A stretch of DNA of 64,000 nt. Origin: an uncultured virus (IMG/VR IMGVR_UViG_3300030708_001952) (lineage: Duplodnaviria > Heunggongvirae > Uroviricota > Caudoviricetes). Position 1 is the first letter of the stretch. Each line of letters starts with the position of its first letter. Where the stretch lies: the IMG/VR virus record IMGVR_UViG_3300030708_001952, one strand, 5' to 3'. The position numbers were made by a program, and so were the translations under genes. The notes beneath the pieces were generated by a model. That model did not search any database and was not told the DNA's origin. It worked only from the letters and a program-made list of their open reading frames with translations. Of this stretch, positions 61,336-64,000 are shown one piece after another.

Positions 61336-61782
61336 ATGACCGCCACTCAATCCTTCGCTGACTTCTGCGCCACCGCTGATGCACGCAACACCATTGAACT
61401 GAACGTCCGCAAGTGGTGCCTGATGCTCTGTGAGGCACTCCAAGACGATTTCCTTGAAGAGTCTATCCGTCGTCAGAAGTTCTTCGCTGCATCTGATGAC
61501 AATCCTGAGTATCACAACGCTCGCATTCAGGAACTTAAGGAAGGTAAGAACCTCTATGAGTTTTCTATCGAGACTGGTCGCAAGTACCACAAGATTGTGA
61601 TGGAAACTGAAACACAGTCCAAGAGTGTGCACTGCTTCGTTGACAAGAAGACTGGTGAAGTGTACAAAGCCGCATCATACAAAGCACCTGCCAAAGGTGT
61701 TCGCTTTGACCTCCGTCTCATCTCTGATCGTGAGTTTGTTCTCAAGAATTGTGACTGGGCAGGTGGTTACCTGTACAAGTGA
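61336..61782 (+). CDS. Conserved cyanophage early hypothetical protein
   Basis: GRKYHKI...SVHCFVDKKTGEVYKAASYKAPAKGVRF...DWAGGYLY. Confidence 0.85.
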   Translation: MTATQSFADFCATADARNTIELNVRKWCLMLCEALQDDFLEESIRRQKFFAASDDNPEYHNARIQELKEGKNLYEFSIETGRKYHKIVMETETQSKSVHCFVDKKTGEVYKAASYKAPAKGVRFDLRLISDREFVLKNCDWAGGYLYK

Positions 61783-61813
61783 TCTGCTATACTAACACCA
61801 TTGTTGCCATCCT

Positions 61814-62047
61814 ATGACAAAAACTATCATCGAGAAGAACGGATTTCGATTCGTTACAGCTGGTACACTAGAGAACGGTCAACCTGATTATCGCTTGCAA
61901 GAACAGGATGAGTACACTAAACGATGGCGTGATGTGTACTATTTTGACAATGAGATGCAATTCTCGCTCGCAATCGAAGATAACGAGTATCCTAAATGGT
62001 TAACGGGCAAGCCCTGTTACATCAAAGACACCGTATCTCGTCGCTAA
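61814..62047 (+). CDS. Hypothetical protein
   Basis: NGQPDYRLQ...YYFDNEMQ. Confidence 0.7.
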   Translation: MTKTIIEKNGFRFVTAGTLENGQPDYRLQEQDEYTKRWRDVYYFDNEMQFSLAIEDNEYPKWLTGKPCYIKDTVSRR

Positions 62048-62051
62048 GCTT

Positions 62052-62351
62052 ATGTTTGAACTAGGAGATTGGGTAACCGTACCACACGCTAACATTTCGG
62101 GGGCAGTGTGGTTCATAGATGACCAATACATCACGGTTACAATCAAATGTGATCTCCAAGACCATCACGCACGCTGTCCATATGACATAACGTGCGTAGT
62201 TGTACCGCGTGAAAAATGGTCATCTATCGTGGTACACCCCGAAAAAAAGATTCATTCACTCGATCACTTACGCTCGGTCTATGCTGGTACCTCAGAAAAG
62301 CGAATTGCTACATTTAAAACTTCAGGCAGCCCTCAGAGAACACCAGTTTGA
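62052..62351 (+). CDS. Hypothetical protein
   Basis: MFELGDWV...FIDDQYITV. Confidence 0.6.
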   Translation: MFELGDWVTVPHANISGAVWFIDDQYITVTIKCDLQDHHARCPYDITCVVVPREKWSSIVVHPEKKIHSLDHLRSVYAGTSEKRIATFKTSGSPQRTPV

Positions 62352-62478
62352 TGAGAACGAACTCAAGTACCTTGGTGTACGTGAGGTAGAAGAAGGTGCT
62401 GGTAATCATTACTATTTGATTGCTGGTGAGTATGAGGTTTGTGTTGACCAGATCGAAGACTTTGAAAGAGTGAACTGA
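62281..62478 (+). CDS. Hypothetical protein
   Basis: MLVPQKSELLHLKLQAALRE...YLIAGEYEV. Confidence 0.6.
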   Translation: MLVPQKSELLHLKLQAALREHQFDENELKYLGVREVEEGAGNHYYLIAGEYEVCVDQIEDFERVN

Positions 62479-62514
62479 GACACCTCTACAACGTCCTACA
62501 ATGCCTCTTAAACT

Positions 62515-63015
62515 ATGTTTGGTACATCCACATCAGTCGCACTCATTTGTGCCCTCTGTAGTCCCTCAGAGCAGGTAGTATTAAATGAGTTACAAAAAGA
62601 TGGCATCACAGATAAAAATGCAGTTGCTGTTATTCTTGCTAACATTAAACAAGAATCAGGGTTCAATCCGTTAGCGTGTGAAGGATATTATCCGCGTTCA
62701 GCCACAGGATACTGGGACTGTTACAACAACACACGCGGAGGATTTGGGCTCATTCAGTGGACATCAGAGCAACGGATCAAGGGTCTTAATGACTTCTGCT
62801 CCAAGTACAAGTGTGATGCCAACACTATCAAGGGACAAATGCGCTACCTATTGAATGAATATGACTTCACAAAGGTGCGTTCCGTGTTTGAAACACCTGG
62901 ACTTCCGCTCCATTCGTATAAAGACGCAGCTTTTGCGTGGATTCGTTGGGGCATCACGGGGAACAGGTGGTCTTATGCAAATGAATATATCAATAAAATC
63001 ACTGTTGTAGAGTGA
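62515..63015 (+). CDS. Phage tail-type lysozyme-like / cell-wall hydrolase
   Basis: ILANIKQESGFNP, GFGLIQWT, QMRYLLNE. Confidence 0.8.
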   Translation: MFGTSTSVALICALCSPSEQVVLNELQKDGITDKNAVAVILANIKQESGFNPLACEGYYPRSATGYWDCYNNTRGGFGLIQWTSEQRIKGLNDFCSKYKCDANTIKGQMRYLLNEYDFTKVRSVFETPGLPLHSYKDAAFAWIRWGITGNRWSYANEYINKITVVE

Positions 63016-63018
63016 TTG

Positions 63019-63076
63019 CAACCAGTTCTAGAGCTGGCACAGAGCCCCTGCCGCATCGCGGTGGGGGCATTATAAT
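63019..63076 (+). promoter_or_regulatory. Early promoter with upstream palindrome (copy C)
   Basis: CAG-N8-CTG, 34 bp, TATAAT. Confidence 0.65.
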
Positions 63077-63103
63077 AGGTACATACCAAACGAGGGAGAC
63101 TCG

Positions 63104-63355
63104 ATGACCACCACCGTCGTGAAGCACTGCTACTACAAGATCGAGATCGACACCGTGGACGCTCCCCAGCACCCCATCGTGTACTTCCGCAAGTGTGGCA
63201 AGTGCACCACAGCCAAGGGCGCTGACCGTCAGCACAATCGCATCGTGAACGAGACTGTCGATGCCTGGCGTCAATTCTCTCAGCAGATCCGTCGCTACAC
63301 CATCTCCCGTGTGCCAGCTGACGTAGTGGTCAAAGGTGAGATCCGCAACGCCTGA
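63104..63355 (+). CDS. Early hypothetical protein
   Basis: GAGGGAG RBS; follows promoter C. Confidence 0.75.
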   Translation: MTTTVVKHCYYKIEIDTVDAPQHPIVYFRKCGKCTTAKGADRQHNRIVNETVDAWRQFSQQIRRYTISRVPADVVVKGEIRNA

Positions 63356-63363
63356 TCACTGCT

Positions 63364-63573
63364 ATGATTGAACAGTTCGATTCACCTGAAGCATACGGTT
63401 CCTGGACAATGATGACCAAAGTTCAACAGCACCTCTCCATCCCTGAGAATCGCATCGATTATGCTTTTTACTTTCTTGATAACTTCAACCACGAGTTTGT
63501 AGACTTCAAGAAGTGCTACGATGCTATAGCAAAGTGGTCCGACGCACTGGACACCTCCGAGTGCCACTACTAG
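63364..63573 (+). CDS. Early hypothetical protein
   Basis: 69-aa ORF in cassette. Confidence 0.6.
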   Translation: MIEQFDSPEAYGSWTMMTKVQQHLSIPENRIDYAFYFLDNFNHEFVDFKKCYDAIAKWSDALDTSECHY

Positions 63574-63618
63574 GAGTGTCCACTCAGCCCCTGACACTGC
63601 TCCCGTTGGCAGTATAAT
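63561..63618 (+). promoter_or_regulatory. Early promoter with upstream palindrome (copy D)
   Basis: CAC-N8-GTG, 34 bp, TATAAT. Confidence 0.65.
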
Positions 63619-63640
63619 AAGCACATAAGCGAAACACCCA

Positions 63641-63880
63641 ATGCAACTCCTCACCTCCGCCACTCAAGTTGACTACTATCCCGTCACTCCGTCTGGCACC
63701 CGCTTTGTGCGCCGCGTGACCTGGCATCCTGGTGCTGAGTCTGAGATGGTCACATTCTCCACCATCGTCAAGTCTGAGATGATGTATGATGCTAACCAGC
63801 ACATCGCCAACGGTGCTCAGGTTACAGACTTCAACATCCACTGCTACAACGGTCCCGACTACACTCCCCTCGCCTGCTGA
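63641..63880 (+). CDS. Early hypothetical protein
   Basis: MQLLTSATQVDYYP...RFVRRVTW; follows promoter D. Confidence 0.75.
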   Translation: MQLLTSATQVDYYPVTPSGTRFVRRVTWHPGAESEMVTFSTIVKSEMMYDANQHIANGAQVTDFNIHCYNGPDYTPLAC

Positions 63881-63940
63881 TCCTGAGGGTCTATGTAATT
63901 GTGTCTCCAGCCGCGAGACCTCCCCTCACCTATTTTCATT

Positions 63941-64000
63941 ATGCTCAAAGCCACCATTGTCAAGACGATCCGCGAGTGCTGCGAAGGCACTGCACTAACC
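63941..64000 (+). CDS. Hypothetical protein, 5' fragment
   Basis: ATG with open frame MLKATIVKTIRECC... to the window edge. Confidence 0.45.
   Translation, partial: MLKATIVKTIRECCEGTALT

Overview
64 kb of a T4-like marine cyanophage (cyanomyovirus, probably infecting Synechococcus). It opens with the 3' part of psbD and a small-gene region holding a nitrogen-sensing locus: an NtcA-type box, a glutamine-riboswitch-like RNA and DUF4278-type genes. Next come 2OG-Fe(II) oxygenases, thyX, phoH, an exonuclease, gp33, two tRNAs flanking a structured RNA, and gp32. The baseplate/head module follows (gp53, gp48, gp2, gp4, tube initiator, gp26, gp51, M23-bearing tape-measure-like protein, split gp5) with cp12 and tRNA-Leu, then about 32 kb of tail-fibre/virion genes including a ~3200-aa subtilase/YHYH/cupredoxin mosaic. 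The window ends at the start of the early small-gene region with a repeated palindromic promoter element. The most unusual feature is a glnA-type glutamine aptamer (1924-2340) whose loops carry two complete small ORFs and a nested, circularly permuted second aptamer core. Two 10-N scaffold gaps (8490-8499, 49872-49881) artificially split gp33 and the giant protein. All family assignments are from motif recognition and synteny; no database searches were run.
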